Origin: Camelus dromedarius
Lineage: Eukaryota
Assembly (NCBI RefSeq): GCF_036321535.1
Contig: NC_087438.1
Span: 7,442,001 to 7,506,000, forward strand
Reading direction: 5' to 3'
Length of the DNA: 64,000 bases
The notes below the pieces were generated by a model that saw only the letters and a program-made list of their open reading frames with translations, was not told the DNA's origin and did no database searches. The first letter of the stretch is position 1, and each line of letters begins with the position of its first letter. Both the position numbers and the translations under genes were made by a program. Positions 12,983 through 25,413 of the stretch are shown here, piece by piece.

Positions 12983-13741
12983 TGTTACCGAACTCAGGTT
13001 TGGCTGCTCGCTGCTCCAAGGCCAGTACTCAAGAGACGAGTACTGTTTGTTGGAAAGGAAAGTTTGCTTTATGCAGGAGGACGGCAGCCTGGGGAGAAGG
13101 TAGACTCATGTCCAAGAACCAACTCCAAAGATTCTGCTAGATCATGAAATTTCTTAAAGGGAGAAAGGAGAAGTTAATTGCAGTTAATCGTCTGGGGAAG
13201 GAATCGGAATCTTCCACTGTGTGCAGACTTTCTTCTGATTGGTTGGTGGTGAGGTAACGGGGCGGTGCTCCAGGAATCTTGTGCTCAGCCTGAAGTTACC
13301 GTCATCCACCTGGGTGGGGGCCTTAGTTCCTGCAGAAGAACTCAAAGGTATTGTTAAGTCTATTCCTTGAGGGAGAACCAGGACCCTGCCCCATGCTGCA
13401 CTGTTGTTTCTTGACTGCTCCTCCTTTGTTTCTGCATTTTCTCCCTTCCCTGTTAAGCAAATGTTTGACTCTTGAACCCAGGGAAGACGAAGGAGGCTAA
13501 ATGAAGCCTATTTCCTACAAACAAGAAATTGGAGCAGGGAGGGTATAGCTCAGGGGTGGAGCGCATGCACGAAGTCCTGGGTTCAATCCCCAGTATCTCC
13601 ATGGCAAACAAACAAACAAACAAACTTAATTGCCTCCTCCCACCCCCCACCAAAAAAAAAAAAGAAAAGAAAAAATAGATGGAGGGGGACATGGAAAGGA
13701 TTTCTACCCAGGAGGGCCCCACAGAGTCCGGCTCAGTGTCA
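12983..13741 (-). mobile_element. ERV1-type solo LTR containing a nested SINE, inserted next to an MLT1 fragment
   Basis: TG...CA ends; minus-strand CCAATCAG near 13235-13242; right half closely similar to the LTR at 15103-15647. Confidence 0.75.
13537..13676 (+). mobile_element. Vic-1-like SINE nested inside an ERV1-type LTR
   Basis: SINE head and poly-A tail interrupt LTR sequence that is contiguous in the related copy at ~15580-15600. Confidence 0.88.
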
Positions 13742-13793
13742 CTGGTGCACAGATGATGCCGTTGTCACCTGCCTGGCATCTGCAGGAGTCCCC

Positions 13794-14623
13794 TGTGGTG
13801 TCTTCTTTTCTGATGTCAGGCGTGTGGATTTTCTTTGACACCAGATATGTGTCGTTTTTCCACACCAGCTCTCCCATTCTCCGCGACTCCAGCAGGCTGT
13901 CTAACCATTCAGTTCAATTCTGACACTATCTAGAGTCAGCATGGACCCCCCCAAGTGAAGGGCTCAGTCCCACAAGACTGCCCTCACTTCAGATGCCAGC
14001 CACAGGACCCAGGAGTCACCTTCTGACTGACCGGCCCTAAATCTGGGGGTTCCTGCAGCTCCGCCTCCAGTTCAGCAATTTGCTAGAAAGACACACACAT
14101 CTCGGGAGGGCGTTTTACTGCCTGTCCTGGTTTACTGCAACGGCTGCAGCTCGGGAGCAGCCAGATGGAAGGGCTGCGCGGGGCCAGGCGTGGAGAGGGG
14201 CGTGGGGCTTCCATTCTCTCTCCCCGGACTCAGCCCTCCTAGTGCCTCCGTGTGTTCCCCAAGCCAGGAGCTCTCGGAATCCCATCGTTCAGGGCTTTTT
14301 TTTTTTTTTTTTTTTTTGAGGTTTCATTAGGTAGACATGATTTGCTCTGACTATTACATCATTGGCCATTAGTGATTGAACTCAGTTTTCAACCCTCTCC
14401 TCCCCACCCCAGGGATGGGATTGGGGAGGCTGGTGCTTGGAGCTGAAAGAGACAAACTTCTAATCTCAAGGTTGGTTTTCCTAGAGACCAGCCCCCATCT
14501 GGAAGCCACCTAGCACCAGCTTCCACCACGAGTCATCTCATTAGCACACAAAAAACTGATTTCTAAGGGTTTTAGGAGCTGTGTTCCAGGAAATGGGGAC
14601 CCCCCATTCCTCCACCCATCACA
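13794..14623 (-). mobile_element. MER21-like LTR
   Basis: Characteristic TTCAATTCTGACACTA...GGGCTCAGTCCCACAAGACTGCCCTCACTTCAGATGCCAG and AAGGGTTTTAGGAGCTGTG blocks. Confidence 0.7.
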
Positions 14624-15102
14624 CCTGGTCTCCCTGCTTCCACTCTTAGAGTCTGTTTTCTGACCAGCAGCCAGAATTGATGCAGATAATTGAAAGCGGA
14701 CTGCTCACAACAGCCCTCATCGCACTCAGATCAAACCCCAGTCCTGCCCTGACCCCCGAGGCTGCCCAGCTCCCTCACAGGCCTCCTGGCCAGTCTCTGG
14801 GTGGCCGGGCACAGCCCTCTGCCTGCAGCCCCCCCTTCCTTGTCTGCTGGCGCCTTCCCCCACCTCCTCCCGCCTTTGCCCAGTGCCTCCTTCTCAGCGA
14901 GCCCATCCTAGCACCTATTGTGAGACTGAAGCACTTGGCCCCTGTACTCACAACCTCCCTGGCCTGAGTTAAACTTTTAACACATTCCAGCACCTACACC
15001 TTAGGTCTGTAGTTGAGGCTTTTCCCTCCCGTTAAAATAGAATGTAAGCGCCCTGAGGGCAGGGTCTTTGTTTCCAGACACAGGCCTCCTCAGCACTCAG
15101 CC

Positions 15103-15647
15103 TGTTACTGAACACAAATTCCTGTGCTTGATGCACAGTGAGGCCAAACAAACCGAAACGTTGGCGTTTGGAGCAGAGAAAGGTTTACTGCAGGGCCGAG
15201 CAAAGAGAGCGGGCAGCCTGTGCTCAAATACTCCAAACTCCCCGATGGTTTCCAGGGAGACATTTTTATAGGCAACGTGTGGGGCAAGGCCGCACAGTGT
15301 GTGACTTTTCTGATTCTTATGGTCGGTGGTGCGGGAACATGGCGGTGCCCCAGGAATCTTGCGGTCAGTCTGAAGTTGCCATCCTCCACCTGGGTGGGGG
15401 CCTTGGTTCCTATAGAAGAACTCAAAGATATTGGTTCCTTGAGGTGGAACCAGGACCCTGCCCCATCTCTGCACTATTCTGTCTTTGCCTTCCCTCCCAT
15501 CCCTGATTAGCCGCTGTTTGAATCTGCACTTTGGAACTCAGGGAAGGTCAAGGAGGCTGATTGCAGCCCATTTCCTACAAACAAGAAATGGGGGACACAG
15601 AAAGGATTTGTACCAGAGAGGGTCCCCCAGGGTCCTGCCCCGTTTCA
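15103..15647 (-). mobile_element. ERV1-type solo LTR
   Basis: TGTTAC...TTTCA ends; near-perfect 4-bp TSD AGCC/AGCA; minus-strand TATAAAAA at 15263-15270; similarity to the 12983 and 19075 copies. Confidence 0.78.
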
Positions 15648-15825
15648 AGCATGCATTTGAGAACGAGCCGTGGCTGGCCTGCTGTAACCTGTGGCTGAGA
15701 CCCGGGCCTGGCTCCACACCTCCTCAGCCCTGCTCGTCCTCCCCTGGGGGCAGGGGGTGCCCGTGGGGTCTGTGGTGGTGACGCTCGGCTCTGCCCCTCT
15801 GACCTGCTTCCCTCTTCATTTCTAG

Positions 15826-15955
15826 ACTGGCCTTATTGTCGCCTGCTATCACGGCTTTGTGGACACCGTGGTGGTCTTAGCAGAGTGCCCCCATGTTGAC
15901 GTCAACTGGCAGGACAGCGAGGGGAACACGGCCCTAATCACAGCTGCACAGGCAG
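15826..15955 (+). CDS. ANKRD33B: ANKRD33B internal coding exon (exon 2 by human numbering), 130 nt; ankyrin-repeat sequence [43 protein letters not shown](G)
   Basis: Polypyrimidine tract and tctag acceptor (AG 15824-15825); donor GCAG|gtaag at 15956; ankyrin signature DVNxQDxEGNTALIxAA; phase 0 start and phase 1 end match the next exon; sequence recognised as ANKRD33B. Confidence 0.95.
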
Positions 15956-16155
15956 GTAAGACCCAGCTTCCCTTCCCTCCCCGAGCCAAGGCCGAGCGGA
16001 GCTGCCAGGCAGTGGTGGGGGGGGGTGCGCATGATCTCAGGGCCTGAGTTAGTGTGTGAGGGATGGAATAGATCAGGAGTTATGCTTTACTGCCAAGAGG
16101 GACAGGAAAAGGGCTGAGGGTAGGTGCACATTCTCTTCGTGTGTTTGGGACAGTG

Positions 16156-16632
16156 TGTTACCAAGTCCAACCTCACACCACTTACCACACAGCAAGCCAG
16201 TAAATCGAGAGTTGTTGGGGCAAAGAATAGTGACTTTATTCAGAAAGCCAGCAGCTCAAGAAGATTGCGGACTAGTGTCCCAAAGTTAGAATTCAGGATG
16301 CTTTTCTACTAAAAGGGGAGGGGGTGTGGCTGGTTGTTGCAAACTTCTTGGTGCCAGAATCCTTTGTTCTTGCAGCTGTGCATGTAAACTTGGTCACTAT
16401 GTTTCTATAAGCCTCCAAGATAGGTGTTACTGTTTGTTCTCCATATGAACGGAAAAGTGTTATACCCGTATAGGTCAGAGCTGTGAGAATGGGCTCTCCT
16501 GTGTATCTCAGGCTACAGGCAACATTCTTTTACAAAAGACGCAGAGCCAGTGTGACTGAGCCCAGGCCACAGGGCACAGGGCTAGAGCTAAAGGAACAGA
16601 CCCGATATGGAGTCGGGTTTGTTCTCTCCTCA
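16156..16632 (-). mobile_element. ERV-type solo LTR
   Basis: TGTTACC start and CA end; flanked by the direct repeat CAGTG (16151-16155, 16633-16637); minus-strand AATAAA at 16235-16240. Confidence 0.72.
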
Positions 16633-19074
16633 CAGTGCAGGTTACCTACCAGTGCAGGACGCAGGGTGGGGCAGAACTAGCTCTGGAACTGCCCCAAGTC
16701 TTCGAACATGAAGCTGCACTGGAAACCCAGCCTCTGCTGGCACCTCCTCTAGAGACTGGGGATCGGGAAGTTGCTGGTGGCTCCTTAGTGAGTGGAAGGG
16801 ACACTAGTGCCACTTAATGTATGAAAGTGGACATAGTTACAAGGTAGCCTTGCATTTTGCTTGGGGATGTAAAGAAAAAGCAGGGGCTTCTTGCTGAGCA
16901 TGTATCAGTTTAACAAGGCGGGGCCGTTAGTGAGAACACCTTGTAAATATGGTGTCCTTCCGCCAAAGGCGGTCACCTCCAGAGGTGGTCCTTCCACCGG
17001 CATCGCAAGCCGCACTGTTCTCCCCAGTCCTCTTCTAGAATTGATGTGAGACAGACTTCGAGTCAAGCACGAAACTTTGCTCATCCCTTCAGAGCCACAT
17101 TTCATTTGTAATCGTGGGATGAACCGAGTTTGTAACTGACCACTTTCAAAATTCCTGGCTTTCCAAGGCACATCTGCTGTATCGCGCTGCTTCTCAGTTT
17201 CCAGGAAAGAAGCTGCTTCCGACTGAATGTGGTAGAAAAGGCGCTTGTTTATTCAGGGAATGTGGGGACACATGACGATGTTGTTGAGAGTTGTTGAGAC
17301 TTGGACTCAGGGCCAGGGAAGCTGCAGAAAAAGCCCCAAACCACACTCCATGCTAATTCTGGAAAGGGAACTTCTGCCGCGGCCGCCAAAGGGGGACCTC
17401 CCTGTCCTGTCTTGCATCACAGGCTCCTGTGTCAAAGCCAGCGTGGGGGACTGACTGGGGAGCCCAGAGAAACCAGAGACGTCAGCGTCTGGCAGTTTCA
17501 CCCCCGGAATGGGAAGCAGTCTGTTCACACCTGCTTTTCACTTGAGGTGCCTAAGGTGGGGAACCCCCAAACTTTGCCAGGTGTTGGGGCTGTGCTCACA
17601 CATGTCTACCCCGTCAGGTTTCAGGGCGTGAAGCTACCCCTCTGTGGAGGCCCCTCAGGCTTGGAAAGCCCTGGTGTACAATGTCCTGAACAGCAGAAGC
17701 GTAAAAGGATATCATGAGAGGTGTTCCGTGATCGTAGCCTCATCACTCATTGCCTCCCGCTGGCCGGGACCGGGGTGGGGAAGTGAAGGGCAGCTCTTCC
17801 TTTGGGTGATTCTCCAGCTAAATAGCCTCTGATGGGCCCTGTTGGAGAGTGCGCTGGGAGCTTCAGGGTGAGAGCACCCCATCTAGCCTGGTGGTTTGGG
17901 ACAGGGATCGTGGAGAAGGGGCTTGTGCTGGGTCCTGAAGTCAAAGGTGGGCTGTTCCAGCCAGTGCGCTGCAAAGCCACGGGACCAAGAGGGAGCCCCG
18001 CATATCTTAGCAATGACCAAGGACTGCATGTGTCTGGGATGGGGGAGAGGTGGCCCCAGGAGGAGGCAGGGACCAGGTCACGAAGGGTGTAGATACAACA
18101 CGAGGGGATGCATTTGAGTGACATGAGGTGGGTGTGTGGTGACGGGAGAGGTGACCCTGGTGCGCACGGGGCAGTTGCAGAGAGGAGCAAGATGCCAATG
18201 GCCGAAAGCACAGGTCCTGGTGGTTGTGATGTGGGCGATGGAGGAGAGGTGGGTCTGGAATAGCTTTCAGCCTGCTGGTCAGGGAATGATGCTAATTCAA
18301 AGGGATAGAAACCACAGGGTGGTGGTTGGAGAAACATCGCCTTCATTTGGTCCTCAGGCCTTTGAAATGCTGAGACCTCTAAGTGAAGAGGTCTCCATGG
18401 CAGGTGGAGAGTGTGGAGCACCGACATCAGTGCCTGCCAGAATGCAGATGCTTGTTACCAGGCGTTCCTGGGCAGCAGGCGCATGGCCTGGACAAGAGCC
18501 TGCGTGTCATACTAGAGTATGAAACTATGAGAAGAAGAGGTGACTTGCCTTACTGATTTGCCAGAGCTCTTTGCATATGTAAGGACATAACTTTTGGTTT
18601 AATACCCGAGAAGTGCTTTCTGAATTCTTGCCTCATTGATAATGTTTTTATTTTGTATTCACAATGAAAAAAAAAACAACTTGTCTTTTGCCTACCCCCC
18701 TGCCATTTCATTTCATGTTGCAGAAGAACAGTCCAGGTAACAAGTGCAGAGTCCAGCCTGATTTTTGTCTTTGTTGGTATCCTGATATTTCTTACACGTG
18801 TAAAGATCTCCTGCCTTCCCCCTCCCGCCCTGCATCCTTGACGGTGAAAAGAACCCAACCAACCAACAACCAAAAAACCTCAAACCAACGCTGCCATACG
18901 TGTCAGTTCCTTCTCCCTGTGGCTGTTTGACTTACGTTAGTCATATTTTTGCTTTAAAGGATACTTTTCTGTTATCTCTTTGAACATTGTGTCTGCCTTG
19001 TTTTTTTTTCCTTCCTGGGGTACCAGGAAGTATAGATTAGACCTAAGATTAGATTTACACCTAAAGGGGAACCC

Positions 19075-19658
19075 TACACCCGCATCACAACTGCTGACCC
19101 CAGGGTGTGGTGAGGGGAGGTGTGGCATTTATTGCAGGCGCCCGGCCAGGAGTCCAGGCAGCTGGTGCTCAAAAGAACTGAACTCCTCCACGGCCTTCAG
19201 GGAAAGGCTTTTACAGACAGGGTGTGGGAGGGGCTTGTGAGGTCTGTGATCAGCCCGGGGACAGTCTTCTGATTGGTTGGTGGTGAGGTCATTGCGAGTC
19301 AACGTCATCAACTTTTTGATTCTGGGGTCTGTGTGCTTGTGGGCAGCACACAGCTACCTCCTTCTACCTGGTGAGGGTCTCAGTGTCTGCAAAACAGCTC
19401 AAAGGATGTGGCTCAGACTATTATCTCTAGCTCTTGAGAAGGTCTTTGGCTTTGTTTAATGGCTAAACTATTGCTGTTTTGTCTTGCTTGACTGTTTTCT
19501 TTGGTTTCTGAACGTCTCTCGATTCTCTGATTAAATTTGTTCTTTGCACTCGGCTAAAGCTTTTCTACAAGCAGGCAGGTGGAGGGCGTGGAGAGGGGGT
19601 GGGTGGGGTGGGGCGTGGTCTGTCCTGGCAAGGCCCCCTGGGGTCCTGCTCGGGCGCA
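19075..19658 (-). mobile_element. ERV1-type LTR related to the 12983/15103 copies (left end eroded)
   Basis: Shared blocks CTGATTGGTTGGTGGTGAGGT, CTCAAAGG and terminal GGGGTCCTGCTCGG. Confidence 0.65.
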
Positions 19659-22600
19659 GGCGGAGTCGCCATCACCCGCAGGCGGGTGGCCCATGTTTCA
19701 GCCCCGATCTGGGTGGCGCGCAGCTTGCTGGGCCCGGCCCCCGGGGTCTGGGTGACGGGGGTCTGGGCTTGTGCTCAGGATGCTCGCTTCAGTGAGTTCC
19801 CGGCTGATGCTGGGCTGCTGGCCTGGGGGCCTCGCTCTGAGAACTGAGGCCTTGGAGGTTCCTATGCAGGGCGGTGGTGGGTGGCCTCTCAGCGGGCAGG
19901 AAAGCTGAGGGCAGGGGTGGTTCATGGACCCGGGTGAGACGTCGTCAGAGGGACACAGAACCATCACTAAATCACAGTGAGACTAAAGGGAAGTGACTGA
20001 GCCTTTATGTACTATTTTAACCAAAGAGAAGATGTTTGGGCTTTTAGCTGGTAGAATCAAATGATGTCCCATTTTCATCCAATTCCATAAACAGTTTTAT
20101 TTATTTGATGATTTCTTAATTCTTAAAGATGTCTAGCAATCTGTGCTTACCGTGAAAAATCACTACAGAGGTATCAGTGAGAAAGAAGAAGAAACATCCC
20201 ATTTCACTCTCCCTAATTCTCTCGTCCATTGACCACGTTCCAGCTGGTTACCGTCCCTGACCTCACTCTCTTATTTTCAGACACAGAGTGTGCACGCACC
20301 TTTTATTTACATGAATGGGATAAATCTGTAGAGATTGTGATTTTAACTTCTTCACGCAGTAGCTCTAGGAGGCTTTTCTGTGCAGCCCGGAGCACGCACG
20401 GTGTACCCGGTTCCCGCAGCGGCACCGCTGAGCGGTGGTGTGTTCACAGCACGCACCCCCTGCCACGCGTCCCGTAACTGAGGCAGTTCAATCAACTGTG
20501 GCTCATCTTTCTGTACAAGGTCCTCTTTTAGAAAAAATATTTATCCAGCAGTCACTTCATGTCCAAGGGCCGTCCTCAGTGCTGGGTCTACAGGGCGGGG
20601 AAGAATTCTGTCTCCCAAATTAAAAGTCTAATGCCCGCAAGTTTCTGAATGAGCCTGTTAGAGACAACACTGTCGTCAAGTCGTTTGTGTCGGGGGGGCA
20701 CGTTTCTGAAGAGGGTGCACCCGTCAGCATCCTGGTGCAGCGGCAGGTGCACCCAGAGGGCTAGACTGAGGAGTTGGCCGGGGGACTGTGAGTGGAGGTC
20801 AGGGCAGAGCTAAGGGGTGGGCCCTGGGGTGAGAGCCCAGCAGAGGGCACCCAGGGGACCTGGGACACCCGAGCCGCAGCCCCAGGGGTGGGAGATGGAT
20901 GTGGAGGCGCAGGCACACACCCGCTCCCCTCCTGGCCGGCCCTGCTGAGCCCCCCGAGCCTTCGGGGCTGAGGAGCCCGGCAGGGGCGGTTGGTGAGGTC
21001 AGCCTCCAGGGCCGAGAGCAGGGCAGAGAAGGAAGGAGCGGAAACGCACGGACAGATTCTCAGAACTCAATTGCTCCATCAAAGGACACGCACACTTTAA
21101 ATGCGCACATTTTCGCAGCCCCTGCCAAATGGCTCTTAGGAAAAGCAGTGCCAATTTACACTTCCCACTATGTTCTCAAGGGTGTTCTTGTTCGGGTAAA
21201 GGGCTTTTTTCAGTGTTTGTCAACTCAAAGTGAACTTTTCTTAGTACTTGCTGTTGTGTTTCCCTGATTTTATTGGAGCCCAGGATCTCTTATGATGCTT
21301 TTGGGTGCAGTTTCCCGAATCCCCAACAAAACAGGCTTCAACAGTGAGGAAGCTGCCTCTTCTTGCAACACGACCTGTCTGAAGGCGACAGCTGGCGGGG
21401 GAGGGGTGCTTCATTGCGTGGCCTTGTCGTGTTCTGAGCGTCTCAGAAATGCTCTTGACCTTTCCCACATGATCCCGAGACGGCCTGGCAGCTCCAAGCA
21501 CCGTGGCCTCACGTTACAGCGCAGGAGGCGCCAGGCAGGATGAGCAAATCCCTGCCTGTGTTATTTTCTGAGATGGGAAAACATTTCCAGAAGCCTCCAG
21601 CACAGATTTGTTTACATCTGCCGGGGTTGTGTCACACGTCTCGCCTCGAGCCCAAACAAGTTGCTGGTCAGGGCGGGGGAGTGACCTCAGCTGACTTGGT
21701 CGAGTCAGAATCGGACCCTGCAGAAGCTGTGTGGTTAAAGAAAAACTGTAAAGCGACCATGTATGTGTATCATTTGATACTGCAGCCGCCCAGCAGGGCT
21801 TTCTACAAGGCCCCCTCCGCACTTGTGAGTGTAAATTCGAATGCAAATGCCTTGATCTGCCTGTGGGGTGTTCTCTAAAAAGCCTAGCCTCCCAGGGACT
21901 TACACATAATCGAGATACAGCCAAATCTGAACTCAGCCTTTACAATGGAGAGACTGTAAGAAACTAAAGCCTCAGATAATCCCTGAATCTCATTTAGCTG
22001 GTGATTTCAGCTGCTCTCATACGTCCCCTAAAAAAAGTAAAGTAGAAAGCAAGATAACCAAAGAAATGAACTACAAGGCCAGGGATGGCCGTTACGTGTT
22101 TACTCTCTCCATCTCTAGTTCTTCTTTCACAGAACGGCAGCAGCGAGGTGCACTGAGCACACAGCAGGGGTCCTTTTGGACTGGTGATAATATCAAGTTG
22201 GTTCGTGCCAAGTAACCTCTGGTGCAGCCTTGAAATTGCTATTCCTGGAACTTATCTTTAAAAATGCGGAGGAGATGCCCTGAGAACCAGCCTGGCATTA
22301 TTCACGCCGCTCGCTGCTGGGGACAAAGTGGCAGTCAGGCTCCCAGGGGTGGCCGGCCGGCGCAGGCTGCCCAGACGAGTCCTGGCTCGTGGAGGATTTG
22401 GACAGGGTCCCACTTGAGAAGAGAATGTATGACTGGGCCTGGGCCGGGGATAAACACTCCCCACTGTTCATCTTATTTTATTATTACTGCACCCGGCCAG
22501 GATTTCAGTCTGACTTCACTGTGAGGTTTATGGTTTTTTAAGAGGTGTTTTCCTTTTGCTAGGTTTCTACTGTTTCAAATAAATTAGAACTTGGCAAATC

Positions 22601-23476
22601 TCTGAGGTTTCCTAGCCTTGCCTGTTCTTGGAAACTGCAGTTTTCAGAGTCTTTCTGACTAAGCACAGCAGTGCCACCTCCTCCAAGGCAGCTAGCCCTG
22701 CTCCTCCATCAGAGAGAGGACGGCCTGCTGGACACACCCCCCTCCCCACCTGCACGTCCCTCCTCTCCTGGTTGGGGAGAATCTGTTTTCTTCTGCTGCG
22801 CTAGTGGGATTTGCTATTTCCAATCAACAGTTCCCTCTACTGGCCTGCTTTGGAGAACTACACTTTGTGTACCCGGTGTCAGAAAAATCAGGTCTTGAGA
22901 CAACCCTAATTCTGTAACATTTTCCCATTTTTAGAGCAGCTTGGGTTGATTGTTTCCTTAGATTTTTAGCCCATAATTGGTACCCAATTACATGTTGAAT
23001 GAATCAGTAATTAATAATTGTGATGTCCGTGCCATCTTAGATAATGTGGGTTATGGCTTGATAATTAGCAACCTTTTTGATAAGTGAACTTTTTTCAGGG
23101 GAGAAATAAGAATCCTTCAGTCTTTTTACTTACTATGTAATTATTGAGGTTGCAGTCAGTTGGAAGTTTTGGACTTATGAACAAGGGTCGTGAGGGTTGT
23201 GGTGGCTGTGGGAATCCACAGGCACACAGAAATGTGGACCGTGCGGCATCACGGTCCAGGTGCCTAATCCAGGCTCGGAGGGCAGATCTTCTGTTGGAAG
23301 GGATGACTCATCAGGTAGCTGGGTAAAAAGTCAAGGAAGGAAAATGGGACTAGGTCGTGCAGAGGTCACCAGATGATCCCAGAAAGCATGCTGCATGGGT
23401 AAATTAAAAAGAGAGTTGTGTGACTACAGAGTAGACTAGAAGGGCATTGGTACAAGAGCTGAGGGTGGAAAGCGGA

Positions 23477-24036
23477 TGTTGGGGAGGAAATAACCTTCCT
23501 TCTACCCCCTGGTTCCCAACTGAGACCCCTGTAATAACAGACTAACGAGAAAACCAGACGTTTATAAACACCTGTACCTCATGTAAACATGGGGGACATC
23601 TGGGAAAAACAAGTAACTCAAGGAGGTGGCTTAGAACCCTGGCTTAAATGTCATCTTCCATGAAGAACAACAAATTTGTGGAGAAATGGCAGGATAAACA
23701 AAAGCAGTTTGAAGAGTTTTCATCACAAAGAACAAAAACCATTATTTCTTTGGGTAGCTATATGAGATGATGGATGTTTAAACTTACTGTGGTACTATTT
23801 CAAAATACACGTAACTCAAATCATTATGCTGTACACCTTAACCTTCCACAATGCTCTGTGTTAATTATACCTCAATAAAACTGGGGTAAAGTAAAAAGAA
23901 AAAGGATGTATGTCTTGCTTTTAGGCAAATGGGGAGGGAGCTTTTCTTGCATCTGCTTTTTTCAGTTGCCTTCAGCTCAAAATAATTTTTATGTCAAAGT
24001 GGCATGTTTTGGGATGGCATATTCTGCTACCCTTCA
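23477..24036 (-). mobile_element. MER34/MER39-like ERV1 LTR interrupted by a short L1 3' end (~23711-23902, + strand)
   Basis: Terminal CAGCTCAAAATAAT...AAAGTGGCATGTTTTGGGATGGCATATTCTG; the insert ends CTCAATAAAACTGGGG plus an A-rich tail. Confidence 0.6.
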
Positions 24037-24059
24037 AAGAGCAAGGCCAGATAAAAAGG

Positions 24060-25020
24060 AGATAGCTGGTAAAGAGTTGAGTCTTATATGAAATGTAGTA
24101 ACCATGAAGGATTTTAGGTAGTAGCTGTGTTGGTCAGAAGAGTTTCTTGCTGATAGCTTGAAGAATGAATGGAAGGGCAGAAGTGGGACCAGGGAGGACA
24201 TTTAGGAGAGGGGTGGACCCCAGTAAGGATGTGGTGGCCCAGCTCTGGGGTGGAAGTGGGGATGAAGAAACACGGACAGGTATGGAAAATATTTACCAAG
24301 TGGTCTTGGCAGAATTCACTGATACTTGGATGGGGAGGAGGTGGGGGAAGGCTGAAGAGAAAGCCCAGATTTCTGGCTTGGGTACCCTGGTGACTGGTGG
24401 ATGTTCATCACTGAATAAAGAATGTGGGCAGGAGGAATGGGTTTGGAAGAACCATGCTTTGGATTTGATGTGTTGAGTTTGAATTGATGGTGGGTTGCCC
24501 AAGATGAAATAGCCACTGGACTGATACTTAGGTAAGAAAGTCAGGAAGAGAGACTGAGCTGTAGATAAGTGATCTGGGAATTTTAGGGTGATTCCCAGAT
24601 CTATGAGAGTAGATGGGGTCACCAGGGGAGAGTGGATGGGATGAGATGGCGTAGTCACACATCTGAGGAACAGCGGCATTTCTGGAAGGAGAGAACAGGG
24701 GAACTCATAAAGAAAACTGAAGAGTGGCCAGAGAGATAGGAAGAAACTCAGAAGGGTGGACAAGCCGGATATCTGCAGAGAGTATTTCCAAAAGGGTGGA
24801 ACAGACAAGTGGGAAATGCTATGGAGATGTCTAGTAAGATGAGAGCTGACTAGTAACCATTGAATTTTGCCACAAGGCAGTCACTGGGTCAGAAGGAAGA
24901 CGGTTTCAGGAGACTGTGTGTGGGGTGGGGGTGTAAGTAGCAAGAGTGAGAGTGGATGAGTCTGGAAGTTAGACTGAAAAGGAGTCAATTGATTGATGGC
25001 CGGTGGCTGGAACGCAAAGA
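24060..25020 (-). mobile_element. L2 LINE remnant
   Basis: Purine-rich strand with TTTGGATTTGATGTGTTGAGTTTGA and related L2-type motifs; very diverged. Confidence 0.5.
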
Positions 25021-25048
25021 CAGGTCCACGGGGATTCTTGTTGGTCAT

Positions 25049-25413
25049 CGCAATGGACTGAATGTTTACGTTCCCCCACCCCTTCCAATCAGATGTTGAC
25101 TCCCAATCCCCAAGTGATGATATGAGGAGGTGGGGCTTTGGGGAGGTAAATAGGTCACGAGGGTGGAGCCCTCGTGAATAGAATTAGTGCTCTTGTAAAA
25201 GAGCCTCCAGAGGGTTCCATCACCCTCCACCTTGTGAGGACGCAGTGAGAAGATAGCCGTCTATGAACCAGGAAGTAGACGCTCACCAGACACTGAATCT
25301 GCTGACACCTTGACCTTGAACTCTCCAATCTCCAGAACTGTGAGAAATAAATGTTTGTTGTTCAAGCCACCCAGTCAATGGCAGTTGGTTACAGCAGCCT
25401 GAGTGGACTGACA
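25049..25413 (+). mobile_element. MLT1A-like MaLR solo LTR
   Basis: Full-length motif set (GGTGGAGCCCTCGTGAAT, CCAGAACTGTGAGAAATAAATGTTTGTTGTTCAAGCCACCCAGTC); 5-bp TSD GTCAT/GTCGT. Confidence 0.85.

Noticed and set aside
12983..15647. Two similar same-orientation LTRs read as the ends of one provirus
   Set aside because: The intervening DNA is MER21-like and L2-like, with no gag/pol/env remnants that I can see. The left halves of the LTRs differ and the second has its own TSD.
17747..18427. 226-aa minus-strand ORF in intron 2
   Set aside because: Pro/Ser-rich, with no recognisable domain or splice support; expected by chance in GC-rich DNA.
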